From assembly GCA_020866945.1 (NCBI GenBank), contig JAJBVW010000084.1:1-34987 (forward strand): a DNA stretch of 34,987 nt. Direction: 5' to 3'. Positions 1-10,097 of the stretch are shown one piece after another. Every line of letters begins with the position of its first letter. Position 1 is the first letter of the stretch. The notes beneath the pieces are model-generated. The model saw nothing but the letters and a program-made list of their open reading frames with translations, searched no databases and had not been told where the DNA came from. The stretch comes from Oscillospiraceae bacterium. Lineage in GTDB: Bacteria > Bacillota > Clostridia > Oscillospirales > Oscillospiraceae. The position numbers and the translations under genes were made by a program.

Positions 1-158
1 GTGCAGCATTCCTGTCAAGCCCCTTTCCGGAAAATCCTATAATAATTTTAAAACACGTGAAAGATTTTGTCAACTAAAAATTTTCTCTCACATCGAAAAA
101 GTTTGGAAAAATTTTGGAAAGATTACAAAACTCATAAAGACATCTGTGTTATTTATGA

Positions 159-187
159 TTGTCAACGGAAAAAAAGTATGCTATAAT
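159..187 (+). promoter_or_regulatory. Putative sigma-A promoter for the 244..2497 secreted-protein genes
   Basis: TTGTCA (159..164), 17-nt spacer, TATAAT (182..187) preceded by TGc (extended -10). Sits in an AT-rich stretch about 55 nt upstream of the first start codon. Confidence 0.55.
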
Positions 188-243
188 GACCTTAATCTTG
201 TGAAAATATCTACGTTACGGTTTCGCACAGAAAGGAGTTAACA

Positions 244-588
244 ATGAAACATCCCACACGCACTTTGTGCCTCATCCTCGCTCTGGTGCTGGCCCTCGGC
301 CTGCTAGCCGGCTGCTCCGGCAGCTATGTGGACATCGACACCGCGGGCGCGGCAGCGGCAGCCGCCGCCGGCAGCGCCACGCCGAAGCCCACTGCCACAG
401 CCAGCGCGGCATCCACCCCCACCGCTCAGGCCGCCACCGACACCGGCGCTTCCGCCGAAATGTCCGGCACAGCCTCCGGAGGAGCCGCCGCCGCTGACAC
501 CACGACCACCGATGCCGGCGCTGCTGCGGATGCATCCGCCTCCGGCGAGGCATCCGGCGAAGCCTCCGGCGAGATGCCCACTGCCTGA
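244..588 (+). CDS. Small low-complexity Ala/Thr/Ser/Gly-rich lipoprotein
   Basis: AAAGGAG RBS 8 nt upstream of the ATG. Signal peptide with lipobox LLAGC|SGS. The remainder is A/T/S/G/E low complexity. Confidence 0.75.
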   Translation: MKHPTRTLCLILALVLALGLLAGCSGSYVDIDTAGAAAAAAAGSATPKPTATASAASTPTAQAATDTGASAEMSGTASGGAAAADTTTTDAGAAADASASGEASGEASGEMPTA

Positions 589-700
589 CAGCATACGCCA
601 CCAAATACTTTAGGGAACCACGATCCAATGACCGCACCGCGTTATTCGATCTGCGGTTCCCTCGCTTTTTACCAGCCAAAAATTTGAAAGGAGAAAAAAT

Positions 701-2497
701 ATGAAGAAACTGTTATCCCTGCTGCTGGCCATAATGATGCTTGTGGCCCTGGCAGCGCCCGCGCTGGCCTCTGACGAGGCAAGCGGAGAGACGGCTGACG
801 CCTCCGCCGAAGCCGCAGAAGAAACAGAGGAGGAAACCGGCCCCATCGCCGTCATCGTCATCACGGACGAGGGCGAGGACGAGACCCAGGAGCAGACGGA
901 GGGCATCGACCTGACCTTCTTTGACGGCGGCGAGCAGACGGAAACCGGCATTTCCGGCTTTCTGATGACCTCCGACGACTCTCAGGCCGCCTTGTATTAC
1001 TCCGAGCTGAGCGAGGACACCGGCGCGTTTTATACCATTGGCGGCGACGGGGTCAATGTGGCGCTGGATGAATACGACGTGACCGAGATTGCCGCGCAGT
1101 GGCTGGAGGCCCTGGGCGTGGAGGGCTTTGATTCCGCCGTCGTTCTGGGCGACGGGGACGAGGCGGACTCCTGCTCCCCGGTCATTTCCGCCAAGGGCTA
1201 TACCTATCTGAATATTGCGAACACGCTGGTTCTGGCCTCCGGCACGGCCCGCAGCGCCCTGTATTCTGACGTAGTGGGCGGCACCACTGTCGCCGGCCCC
1301 GGCGCGGGCGGCATGAGCCAGGGCAGCGAGGAGCCTGTCGTCGTCATCACCGGCTCCCTGCTGGAAACCCTGGGCGGCCCGGAGGAGCAGGCGGAGGACA
1401 CCATCACCGTCACCAGCACCGGCAACCGCGCCCGCGGCATTCAGCCCCAGGGCAAGAGCATTACCTATCTCTACGATTCCGCCATCGTGTCCCACACCTG
1501 GGGCGCATGGAGCACAGACTCCGCCCGCGTCAGCCTTGACCTGGTGGCCTATCGCAGTCTGGGTCTCAGCCAGGGCGGCTACGGCGCTTATGCCGACACT
1601 AGCTGCCATCTGTTCCTGTACGGCAGCACCGTCATGGGCAGCTCCGACGGCATCGTCGCCTCCAACGACGGCGAGATATATGCCGTATCCAGCGACTGCA
1701 CTGACGACTCCGCCACGCTGCGGGCCATTATGGATAAATCCGGCGACCGCGCTCTGAGCTGGCAGGACTATGAGACCGAGGAGGGCGACGTGATGGAGAG
1801 CGTTATCTCCGGCGGCGCTACCGCTGTCCAGTTCCATATGCCCGACCAGGGCGGTTCCGGCGCGGGCAACACCCGCAAGGGCACCCTTTATATGAACGGC
1901 GGCACCCTCTCCACCGATGAAAGCCTGATCGACGGCGGCGTGGAGAGCCTGGACGCCTATGAGCTGAACTATGCCGGCGCCTGCATCGTCACCAAATCCA
2001 CCCAGGCCAACATTCTGCTGGTGGGCGTGGAGATGGAAAGCTGGAGCGGCGTGCTTATCCACGCGGTCATCAATAACGACTCCAATGTGAACAATATCGC
2101 CGACGGCGACGAGGCTCTTGGCAGCGACATCACCCTGCGGGATATGGACGTGACCGGCGACATCGTGAACGACGACTATCAGCGGGCCATGCGTCTGTAT
2201 CTCGACAACACCACCCTGACCGGAGCTATCTATTCCAACACCTGCGAGGACTGGAACGCGCTCTGCGAGGCGGAGTTCGACGGTGAGTACATCCTCAACG
2301 AGGACGGCTATGAAACCGTCTGGGGCGTGGAAATCACGCTGGCCAACGGCTCCGTCTGGAACGTCACGGAAACGTCTGTGGTGTCCGAGCTTATCATCAA
2401 CGACGGCTGCACCATCAACGGCGTTATCACCGAAAACGAGGACGGCACGCTGACCATCTCCCCCCTCGAAACCACCGCTTCCGGCGAGGCTTCGTAA
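701..2497 (+). CDS. Secreted acidic protein of unknown function (598 aa)
   Basis: GAAAGGAG RBS. N-terminal signal peptide MKKLLSLLLAIMMLVALAAPALA|SDE, then an E/D/T-rich acidic linker and a Gly/Asp/Thr-rich body. I recognise no catalytic motif. Confidence 0.7.
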   Translation: MKKLLSLLLAIMMLVALAAPALASDEASGETADASAEAAEETEEETGPIAVIVITDEGEDETQEQTEGIDLTFFDGGEQTETGISGFLMTSDDSQAALYYSELSEDTGAFYTIGGDGVNVALDEYDVTEIAAQWLEALGVEGFDSAVVLGDGDEADSCSPVISAKGYTYLNIANTLVLASGTARSALYSDVVGGTTVAGPGAGGMSQGSEEPVVVITGSLLETLGGPEEQAEDTITVTSTGNRARGIQPQGKSITYLYDSAIVSHTWGAWSTDSARVSLDLVAYRSLGLSQGGYGAYADTSCHLFLYGSTVMGSSDGIVASNDGEIYAVSSDCTDDSATLRAIMDKSGDRALSWQDYETEEGDVMESVISGGATAVQFHMPDQGGSGAGNTRKGTLYMNGGTLSTDESLIDGGVESLDAYELNYAGACIVTKSTQANILLVGVEMESWSGVLIHAVINNDSNVNNIADGDEALGSDITLRDMDVTGDIVNDDYQRAMRLYLDNTTLTGAIYSNTCEDWNALCEAEFDGEYILNEDGYETVWGVEITLANGSVWNVTETSVVSELIINDGCTINGVITENEDGTLTISPLETTASGEAS

Positions 2498-2573
2498 TAT
2501 CAGGTATTAAACCGAATAATTCTCACGCTGTCCTAATGCGCCCACACAGGGCGCATCAGGCAGCATATAAAAA

Positions 2574-2601
2574 GGCTCAATCCTAAGATTGGGCCTTTTT
2601 T
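2574..2601. terminator. Bidirectional intrinsic terminator between convergent genes
   Basis: GGCTCAATC / cuaa loop / GATTGGGCC stem with one G-U pair. It is flanked by an A-run on the 5' side and TTTTTT on the 3' side. Confidence 0.7.
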
Positions 2602-2604
2602 ATA

Positions 2605-5600
2605 TTAATGGTTCATGATTAGCATTTGCAGTCGGTTTTCCACGTTGGCAAAGCTCGTGTCCGGGTCAAGGTCGAGGGGAAGTATTTGGATGTCCGGGTA
2701 ACGGGCCTTCAGCTTCTTGATGGTGCCACGGCCACAGATGTGATTCGGCAGGCAGCCGAACGGCTGAAGAATGATAAAGCTCCTGACGCCCTCCTCGGCA
2801 TATCGGGCGATTTCCGCCGCCATCAGCCAGCCCTCGCCGCAGCTCAGTGTCTCCGGGATGATGTCGCTTATGCCGTCATACATCTCCTTCGGGGAGTGGC
2901 CCTTTTCAAACAGGGGATGCCGGGCCGCCACCTTTTCCAGGGAGCGCTGCACATAATCAAACAGCCCGTTGACCAGGAAGGGATAGGGGGGTATATTGGC
3001 GTGGCAATCCTTAATCTCCGCCCCAGTGGCCTGGAAATCCTTCCGAAGCTGGTCGGTGATACGCGGGAACACAGTCTCCATGCCGTTTTGCTCGATATAT
3101 TCCTCAATATGGAAGTTGGAGCCGGGGTGATAGGTGACAAGAAGCTCCCCTGTGACGAATACGCGGGGCTTTAGCTGCGAGCGGTCATAAGGGATGGCCG
3201 CCAAGTCGTCAATGCAGCCTTCAAACGCCCGCCGGGCGGGGGATATGCCCTCCTTCAGCGCCTGGGACACCTTCTCCACACACTGGTGATAGACCCGGTT
3301 CGTCTCCCCGGGGTTTACCTCGTAGGGCCGGATTTTGCGGACGATCTCCGTCATGATGTCCAGCATCATAAAGCCCCACACCGCCCCCAGCACGGCGCTC
3401 AGGCCCAGCAGGGCCACGCCGGGGTGCATATCCTTTGTGTCGTTCACATCCGTGGTCAGCACCGGCACCCCGTCAAACCCGGCGGCGTCCAGCCCCTTCC
3501 GCAGCAGCCCGGCATAGTGGGACATCCGGCAGTCGCACTGGAATTTCACTATGCCAACGGCCACCTCGTCCTGGTTATAGTTGCCCCGTTTCAGCTCACC
3601 GATAAGCTCGCCGATGACCATCTGGGCGGGGAAACAGATGTCGTTATGGACATATTTTTTTCCAAGGCGTATCTGTTCCAGGCCGCCGACAGGAACGGAC
3701 TTCACAATGTAATTTTCCTTTTCCAGCAGGGCGCACAACAGCACCGCCGCCTCCCCTGTGATGTTCGGCAGGAGCAGCGTCCGCTTCTTCTTGTCCCCGG
3801 GCAGAAATTTTGCGGGACTTGGCGGGGGCAGCTCCCGGAAATATGGGCTTTGATAGACCTGGAGCGCCGGGTCAGTGGCCTGGCTCCGACGGCGGCGGAG
3901 CCGGACGCCGCCGGTGTTCCCACTGGCCGTCAGCGGCTCGGAGGCGGCGGGGGCAATCGTAACCCCGGCGGCCTGTCGCTCCTCCGCCAGCTTGCGGCGG
4001 ATATGGACGGTCTCAATGAAGGACTGCACCCGGATAGCCAGGGAGCCTGCGGCGTCGCTCTCGTCCAGCTTCAGGACAAGAGGGGATTTCTGTCCGCTCT
4101 CCGTCAGTATTCGGATAATCTCATCCGACAGCACCGCGTCATGGCCGCAGCCAAAGCTGACGAGCTGGACATATTCCAAATGCTCCTCTCTCGCGGCAAT
4201 CATGGCCCCGCCAAGCATACGGGTGTGGAAGTCGTTCGTTATCTCGATGCGGGTGTTGTGCAGATCCACCTTTTCAAGCCCCGGCAGACTGTCCACCGGC
4301 AGGACGGGAATGCCCTGGTTCGCGAACAGCTTGGAAAGTCCGTGGCAGACGAAGGAATCTGAATGATAGGGCCTTCCAGCCAGAACGACGGCAAAGCTGT
4401 TCTCCCGCCGGACTGTATCCAAAATCTGCGCCGCCTCGTCCCGCAGGGTCTGGCGGAAGGAGCGCAGGGCCTCTCTCCCCTGGGCAAACGCGGCCTCCGC
4501 CTGCTTTTCGCTGGCCCCCAGGGTCTCCACAGCGTAGCGGCATATCTGCTTTTCCCTGTCCTTCTCCGTGAACCAGTGGAACACAGGAGTGTCGAAGGGG
4601 ATGTGATACCGCTCCTCCGGGTTCTGGGAATTTCGCACCACCATGGGATAGCCCATGACCACGGAGCAGACGTAGGGGCTGAGCTTATCCTTCCCCTCCG
4701 GGGGCATATGCATGACATAGGGCATGAAAATGCGGTCTACTCCCTGCTCCGCCAAGTCCATCACATGACCGTGGGCCAGCTTGGCCGGGAAACAAATGGT
4801 GTCCGAGGCCACATAGGTGATCCCCTGCTCGTAGAGCTTTCGCCCGCTGGGGTGGGAGAATTTCGTGTCATATCCCAGGGCGCGGAAGAAGGTGCTCCAG
4901 AAGGGCATACTGTCCCAAAATTCCAGCACGCGCGGCAATCCCACGGTCTGCCCCTGCTTTTCCCGAACCGGTTCACAGGGGTACAGCTCAAAGAGCATTT
5001 TCTCCCGCCTGAGAAACAGGTCAGGGGCAGGCTCCGCCTTCTTCTCCTCCTGCGGTGCGGACGGCTTCTCTCCTGTTTTCTTCTCACCGGGGTATTCGTC
5101 GTCCACCGTGGCCCCACGCTCACAGCGGTTGCCCGTGACCCAGGCCCCGCCGGTGGAAAACAGCATGACCGTCCGGCTGCAATGGTTGGCGCAGCCGGGG
5201 CAGCGGTCGCCGTTGCGGGTGATATAGTCAAAGTCCCGCAGGCCGTCCAGCCCTATAAAGGAGGTGGATTCCCCGTTGGCGTACCCCTCATGCTCCACCT
5301 GCTGCTTCACAAGAAGGGCCGCGCCCAAGGCGCCCATCTCGCCGGGATAGGGAGCCAGAGAAACCTCCCGGCCCAGGTATTCCTCCAGCGCCCGCAGAAC
5401 CGCCCGATTGCGGAACGTGCCGCCTTGGACGACCACATGATCTCCCAGCTCATCCTTGTTGGCAATGCGGACAACTTTTGTGAACACGTTCTCGATAATA
5501 GACCGGCACAGTCCCGCCATAATGTCGTCCGGCAGCTTGCCGTCCCTCTGTTCGTTTATAATAGTGCTGTTCATAAACACGGTGCAGCGGCTCCCCAGGG

Positions 5601-7106
5601 AGGCGGGGTTTTCCGAGCGGAAGGCCGCGGCGGCGATCTCCTCCACCGGCATACCCAGATTGGAGGCGAAGTTTTCCAAAAACGAGCCGCAGCCGGAGGA
5701 GCAGGCTTCGTTCAGCATAATGTTTGTGATGATGCCGTCGTTCAGCCAGATGGCCTTCATGTCCTGGCCGCCGATGTCCAGCAGGAAGGTGGCGTCGGGG
5801 AAATACTGCAAGCAGCCCTTGGCGTGGGCCACGGTCTCCACCACATGATAATCCGCCCCCAGGGCGCGGGCAAAAAGCTTTTCCCCATAGCCCGTGGTGC
5901 CAAGACCCAGGATTTCCAGGGGACGGCCCAGGGCCTCGTATTTATCTGCCAGGGCCAGCAGGCCCTCCTTTATCACCCGCAGGGGTTCCCCGTTGTTGTT
6001 GGCGTAAAAGCGGTCAATGACCCGCTCGTCCTCGTCCAGCAGCACCAGCTTGGAGGTAGTACTGCCGGAGTCGATGCCAAGGTACACCTGTAACGGCCCC
6101 TGGCCGGTTGGCTCCTGCACCGGCAGCAGCTCCCGGTCATGGCGGGCCATAAAGGCGTCCCGCTCCTGGGCTGATTTGAAAAACGGCTCCGCTGTGTGAC
6201 TGACGGCGGAAGCCGTGGCCGCCGTGCTTTTCAGCCGCTCCCGCAGTTCCCCGGCGGTCAGCATGGCGCACTCGTCGTCTGTGGGGGCGAAAATGCGGTC
6301 AATGGCGATGGCGGTGCCGAAGGCCACAATGGTTTCCGGGTGCTCCGGGATGATGACCTGCTCCGGCGTGAGCTGAAGCCGCTCCCCAAAGACCCGGATC
6401 AGGGTGGGGTTAAAGGTGAGCGGCCCGCCCTCAAACACCACCGGCGGGGCGATCTCAAGGCCCTGGGCCAGGCCACCGATGGTCTGCCTCGCAATGGCGT
6501 GAAAGACCGAGAGGGCCACGTCCTCATGGGAGGCCCCCTGAATCAGCAGGGGCTGGATGTCCGTTTTGGCAAAACCCCGCACCGGCCAGATATATCGAAA
6601 ACCGTCGTCCCCTTGGCTGCGAGAGATTCAAACTCCGTAGTTTCGATGTTCAGGAGCTTCGCGATCTCGTCGATAAAGGCCCCGGTGCCGCCGGCGCAGC
6701 TCCCGTTCATACGCATATCGGAGGCGACCAGCTTCTCCGTTTTTTCGTCAAGGTGGAAAAAAATAATCTTGGCATCCTGGCCGCCCAGCTCGATAGCGGT
6801 GCGGGCCTGGGGATACCAAGTGCTTACGGCGGCGGCGTTTGCCACCACCTCCTGTATGTAATGGACGCCAAGGCGCTCCGCCACCGGCTTGCCGCCGGAG
6901 CCGCACACCGCCGCCCGAAAGCGTCTGCCAGGAAATTGCTCCTCCAGCAGGCCCAAAAGCTGCTCCACCGTCTCCGCCTGGCGGGCGTTGTGGCGGTAAT
7001 AGCAGGAATAGAGCATTTTCCCGCTCCCGCCCTCCGCCACGGCCAGCTTTACCGTGGTGGAGCCAACGTCTATCCCAAGCCTCAAATCCTCATGACTCGG
7101 CTGCAT
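2605..7106 (-). pseudogene. Frameshifted ~1500-aa BcrAD/BadFG-type activase fused to 2-hydroxyacyl-CoA-dehydratase/benzoyl-CoA-reductase-like domains (plasmalogen synthase PlsR-PlsA fusion type)
   Basis: ORFs 6543..7106 (187 aa) and 2605..6582 (1325 aa) read as one gene. The first starts with the ATPase motif LGIDVGSTTVKLAV. The second carries a second ATPase repeat (LGIDSGSTTSKLVLLD), the Cys cluster CPGCANHC and large HgdB/DUF2229-like C-terminal domains. Adding one T to the minus-strand T4 run (plus-strand A4 at 6571..6574) joins ...FDISGRCGV to FAKTDIQPLL, restoring the conserved C-x-VFA motif. Confidence 0.8.
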
Positions 7107-7124
7107 ATCTGAAATTCCCTCTTT

Positions 7125-7997
7125 CTATCTGGCCGCCGCCGGTATCCACCCGGCGATGTCGCTGTCCTCGAAATCGTAGGTCAGCGGCTTGCCGTAGGCC
7201 TTCTCATAAGCGGCCCGCTTCTGCTCATAATCCTTTTCCATCATAGCGATGCTGTTCTGCCGCACATTCTTTCCCTCCTGGGGATAGACCGGCGGCAGCA
7301 CATGAACCACATACCGCACCTGGCGGAAATCGTCCCGGTTTTTCTCCTTCTCCGGCAGGTCGATGATCTCCACAAAGCAGGACACCACCGGCACGCCGCA
7401 CTTGGCAGCATAGTAATAGGCCCCCCGCTTGGGTGGGCGGGGCTTGCGATAATTAAACCACATCTCCTGCTCCGGGTATATCAGCACCCAGTTGCCCCCG
7501 TCCAGCAGCGCGGCCAGCTTTTTCAGAAACGTCCCCGCCAGATAGTCCGGGTCGGTGGTCATGGGGACAGTGTCCGCGTAATTCATCAGAAAGCCGAAAA
7601 GCCCGGTCATGGCCAGATTGCTCTCCTGGCTGATGATGAACAGCCGTTTCCGCCCGGTTTTCTTCACCATGGTGAAAACGGCGGTGTTGTCCACCGGGTT
7701 AAAGTGGTTGCTGGTAATGACCGCGCCGCCGGTGATGTCCTTCAGGTTTTCCAGCCCCTCTATTTGGGTGGAGCCGTTCACCAGCTTCGCCGCCGTGTTC
7801 TCTATGACCCGCGCTATCCGATTGCAGATACTGTACCGGGGCCGTTTTCGCTTTTCCCAAAATTCCCGCACCAGCGCGGCCTTCTGCTCATCCGTCAGGT
7901 TTGGGTCATCCACCTCCACCTTAGCGTGAAACTCTCCCCGGCCCGCAGCGGCGCGGATATTTTCAATGACTTGATCCTTCTCTCCCCCAAAGATCAT
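7125..7997 (-). CDS. PlsC/LPLAT-family (lysophospholipid) acyltransferase
   Basis: HX4D acyltransferase motif NHFNPVDN. Length and layout fit the 1-acyl-sn-glycerol-3-phosphate acyltransferase family. The start overlaps the stop of the upstream GT8 gene by 4 nt. Confidence 0.75.
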   Translation of the reverse strand: MIFGGEKDQVIENIRAAAGRGEFHAKVEVDDPNLTDEQKAALVREFWEKRKRPRYSICNRIARVIENTAAKLVNGSTQIEGLENLKDITGGAVITSNHFNPVDNTAVFTMVKKTGRKRLFIISQESNLAMTGLFGFLMNYADTVPMTTDPDYLAGTFLKKLAALLDGGNWVLIYPEQEMWFNYRKPRPPKRGAYYYAAKCGVPVVSCFVEIIDLPEKEKNRDDFRQVRYVVHVLPPVYPQEGKNVRQNSIAMMEKDYEQKRAAYEKAYGKPLTYDFEDSDIAGWIPAAAR

Positions 7998-8956
7998 AAA
8001 CGTATCGTTCCTTCACTTTCGTGTATCTTTTTAAAGGTAACAGGGTTATTGGGAATCCGCATGGCGTTTTCCAGCATATTTTGCAGGCATTTTGTGTCGG
8101 ATTCCTTCTGCTCGTCGGAATAATTCCGCTTTATCTCCAAAAGCTCCTGATAGTAGACATTTTCCCTGGCGTACTGCCAGAAATAGTCCTCATACTGCAC
8201 ATCGTCATAGCACCAGGGCTTGTCGAACAAATTATAGTGTATCAGGCTGGGATTGGCCATAGGCTCCTTCTGCTTGTTGGGCATGGCGTCCCATTCCTCT
8301 TCCAGGAAATGAATACGCCCAAGGCACATGGCGTTGAGGTAATCCTGGTCGGGGGCGATGCTGTCGAAGTGATAGGTGTTCAACAGATGGAGAAAATGCT
8401 CCGTCATATGACATTTCCGCATTTCCGCCAGATTCATCAGCAATATGCCGGAATTTATGTACTGATAGCGGTTCACGCCGGTGGATTCCTCGATATAATG
8501 GGCAAACTCCGGGATCTCCGACACGGAATGATCCGGGCAGGCCCCCACCAGATTGTTCCCCAGCTCGATGTTATACAGGCGGGAGATGTCCCCCGGCACG
8601 ACGATGTCGCTGTCGATGTAGATGCCCTTATCATATTCCGGGAACATCTCAGGTATGAACAGGCGGAAGTAGATGGTCATGGTGAAATAGTCGCACCGCA
8701 GGCGGTTCTCCTTGCGGTCGGTGATGCTCTCCAGTCCCTCCTTCATCTCCTCAAACAGAACCTGGAACCAGTCCTCCCCGATGGAAGACAGCTTTTCAAT
8801 ATTCTCCTCCGTCAGCTCCTGGTGGAGAATGTGAACATGGTATTGATAGTCGCGGGAGGCGTTAGCCTTCATAGAGGCCAGCGCCACCCCCAGACAGGGG
8901 GCGTAGCCGTTATCGATGGTGAAAAAGATAGGGATAATGGGTTTTTCCTGAGTCAT
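7994..8956 (-). CDS. Family 8 glycosyltransferase (LgtC/GspA-like retaining hexosyltransferase)
   Basis: GT8 signatures: IPIFFTIDNGYA, the DxD motif in IYIDSDIVV, NSGILLMNL, DQDYLN and LIHYNLFDKPW. GGAGAAAGG RBS upstream. Confidence 0.8.
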   Translation of the reverse strand: MTQEKPIIPIFFTIDNGYAPCLGVALASMKANASRDYQYHVHILHQELTEENIEKLSSIGEDWFQVLFEEMKEGLESITDRKENRLRCDYFTMTIYFRLFIPEMFPEYDKGIYIDSDIVVPGDISRLYNIELGNNLVGACPDHSVSEIPEFAHYIEESTGVNRYQYINSGILLMNLAEMRKCHMTEHFLHLLNTYHFDSIAPDQDYLNAMCLGRIHFLEEEWDAMPNKQKEPMANPSLIHYNLFDKPWCYDDVQYEDYFWQYARENVYYQELLEIKRNYSDEQKESDTKCLQNMLENAMRIPNNPVTFKKIHESEGTIRL

Positions 8957-8974
8957 GTTGGGTATCCTTTCTCC

Positions 8975-9835
8975 TTAAAATAGCTGAGGTTTTAGCTGGG
9001 TGAATTCCTGTAACAGGTCGTCATATTCGTGGAGCTTCAGCTTTTCATGCACCTGCTCCACCTGCCAAGGCTTGACGCAAAGGGTGTGGAACCAGGGGAA
9101 GAAGCGGAAACTGGTGGTAAAGTGCTGAAGCACCGTGTCATCCCGCAAAATTCGCTGCTCGTTGAAGCGGCGGGGGCATATTTTCTTCCGCACGCACAGC
9201 TTGTTGATGGCGGACTGGTCGGGCATGAACATCTCCTTTTCCCGGCAGCGGGCGCGGCATTTTTCAAAAAGGCCGGTTTTGCGAATCTCCTTGAGATTCA
9301 GCAGCAGCACGCCGGAATTGAGATAATCCATATGCAGCGGACGGTTGCGAAAGAAGAATCGGCCATAATAATCCAGCACACCGGCCAGCTCATATTCAAG
9401 GCCCTCCTGCCCAGCGCCCTTTTTCGCGGGATAGGTCAAGTCCTGGGCGTAAAAGGCCGTGCAGTCCCGGCGGCATATGACGTCATAGTCAAGATACAGC
9501 AGCCTGTCCGGCAGCTCCGGCACCAGGTCGGCATACAGCCGGAGCATACACCCTGCCGTGAAGCGGGTGCTGAGGTTCGCCTCCGGCGTGTCAGCGACGA
9601 AGAGGTCTGTTATATCCAGCTTTTTCACAAAGCTGTCCCGATTTTCCGCCTTGACCTGCATATCCAAAAAGGCAATGGCCTGGTCGGTCATGGGAAGATA
9701 GGTCTTCTCCCCCTCCTGATAGTGCATGGTCAGGACATAGATGTGCAGCGCCTCCTGCACTGTCCTGCGAAGGGAAAGGACGGACAGCAGCAGCCCTTCC
9801 TGTATATTTTTATCTCCGCAGTAGAGAATGTTCAT
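8975..9835 (-). CDS. Family 8 glycosyltransferase (second copy)
   Basis: GT8 signatures: LYLDYDVICRRD (DxD), LNSGVLLLNL, MPDQSAINK. I start it at the internal ATG (MNILYCGD, 9835) because GGAG lies 7 nt upstream. The tracked ORF extends to 9946 without homology-like sequence. Confidence 0.75.
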   Translation of the reverse strand: MNILYCGDKNIQEGLLLSVLSLRRTVQEALHIYVLTMHYQEGEKTYLPMTDQAIAFLDMQVKAENRDSFVKKLDITDLFVADTPEANLSTRFTAGCMLRLYADLVPELPDRLLYLDYDVICRRDCTAFYAQDLTYPAKKGAGQEGLEYELAGVLDYYGRFFFRNRPLHMDYLNSGVLLLNLKEIRKTGLFEKCRARCREKEMFMPDQSAINKLCVRKKICPRRFNEQRILRDDTVLQHFTTSFRFFPWFHTLCVKPWQVEQVHEKLKLHEYDDLLQEFTQLKPQLF

Positions 9836-10051
9836 GAAAATGCTCCTCTCGCGCCGGAGCTTCTCGGCTTCTCCGGCCTCTCTCCTCCCAATATGTCTTG
9901 ACAATGGGTAGTCTTTGTTAATCATATTGTAAGCGACTTTTGTCAACAGAACATCAAGCGCAAAGCCGAAAAAGAAATTTTTTTCAAGTCAGAAAAGGAG
10001 AATAATCTATTCTTTTTTACATTTTCCACCCACCTGTCAGCGCCATATGAT

Positions 10052-10093
10052 AAAACAACAGAGAAGCGGTCTCCATTGCAGAGCCGCTCTCTG
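10052..10093 (-). terminator. Intrinsic terminator after the YolD-like gene
   Basis: On the minus strand, CAGAGAGCGG...CCGCTTCTCTG forms a stem with a 1-nt bulge, followed by TTGTTTTAT. Confidence 0.55.
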
Positions 10094-10097
10094 TCGT

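Noticed and set aside
1-158. Short direct repeats in the AT-rich leader (TTTGGAAA x2, GAAAGATT x2)
   Set aside because: They are very short repeats in AT-rich DNA, so chance occurrence is plausible. No palindromic or phased structure supports a specific binding site.
713-2062. 449-aa minus-strand ORF antisense to the 701..2497 gene
   Set aside because: Ala/Gly/Val-rich composition without motifs, and fully nested opposite a gene that has an RBS and signal peptide. This is a typical high-GC shadow ORF.
3286-6093. Plus-strand ORFs of 358 and 576 aa (3286..4362, 4363..6093) inside the PlsAR-like gene
   Set aside because: They are antisense to a strongly motif-bearing coding frame. They are Arg/Gly/His/Pro-rich junk without an RBS.
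8021-9901. Plus-strand ORFs 8021..8983 and 9029..9901
   Set aside because: They are antisense shadows of the two GT8 genes, whose DxD and other family motifs identify the minus strand as coding.
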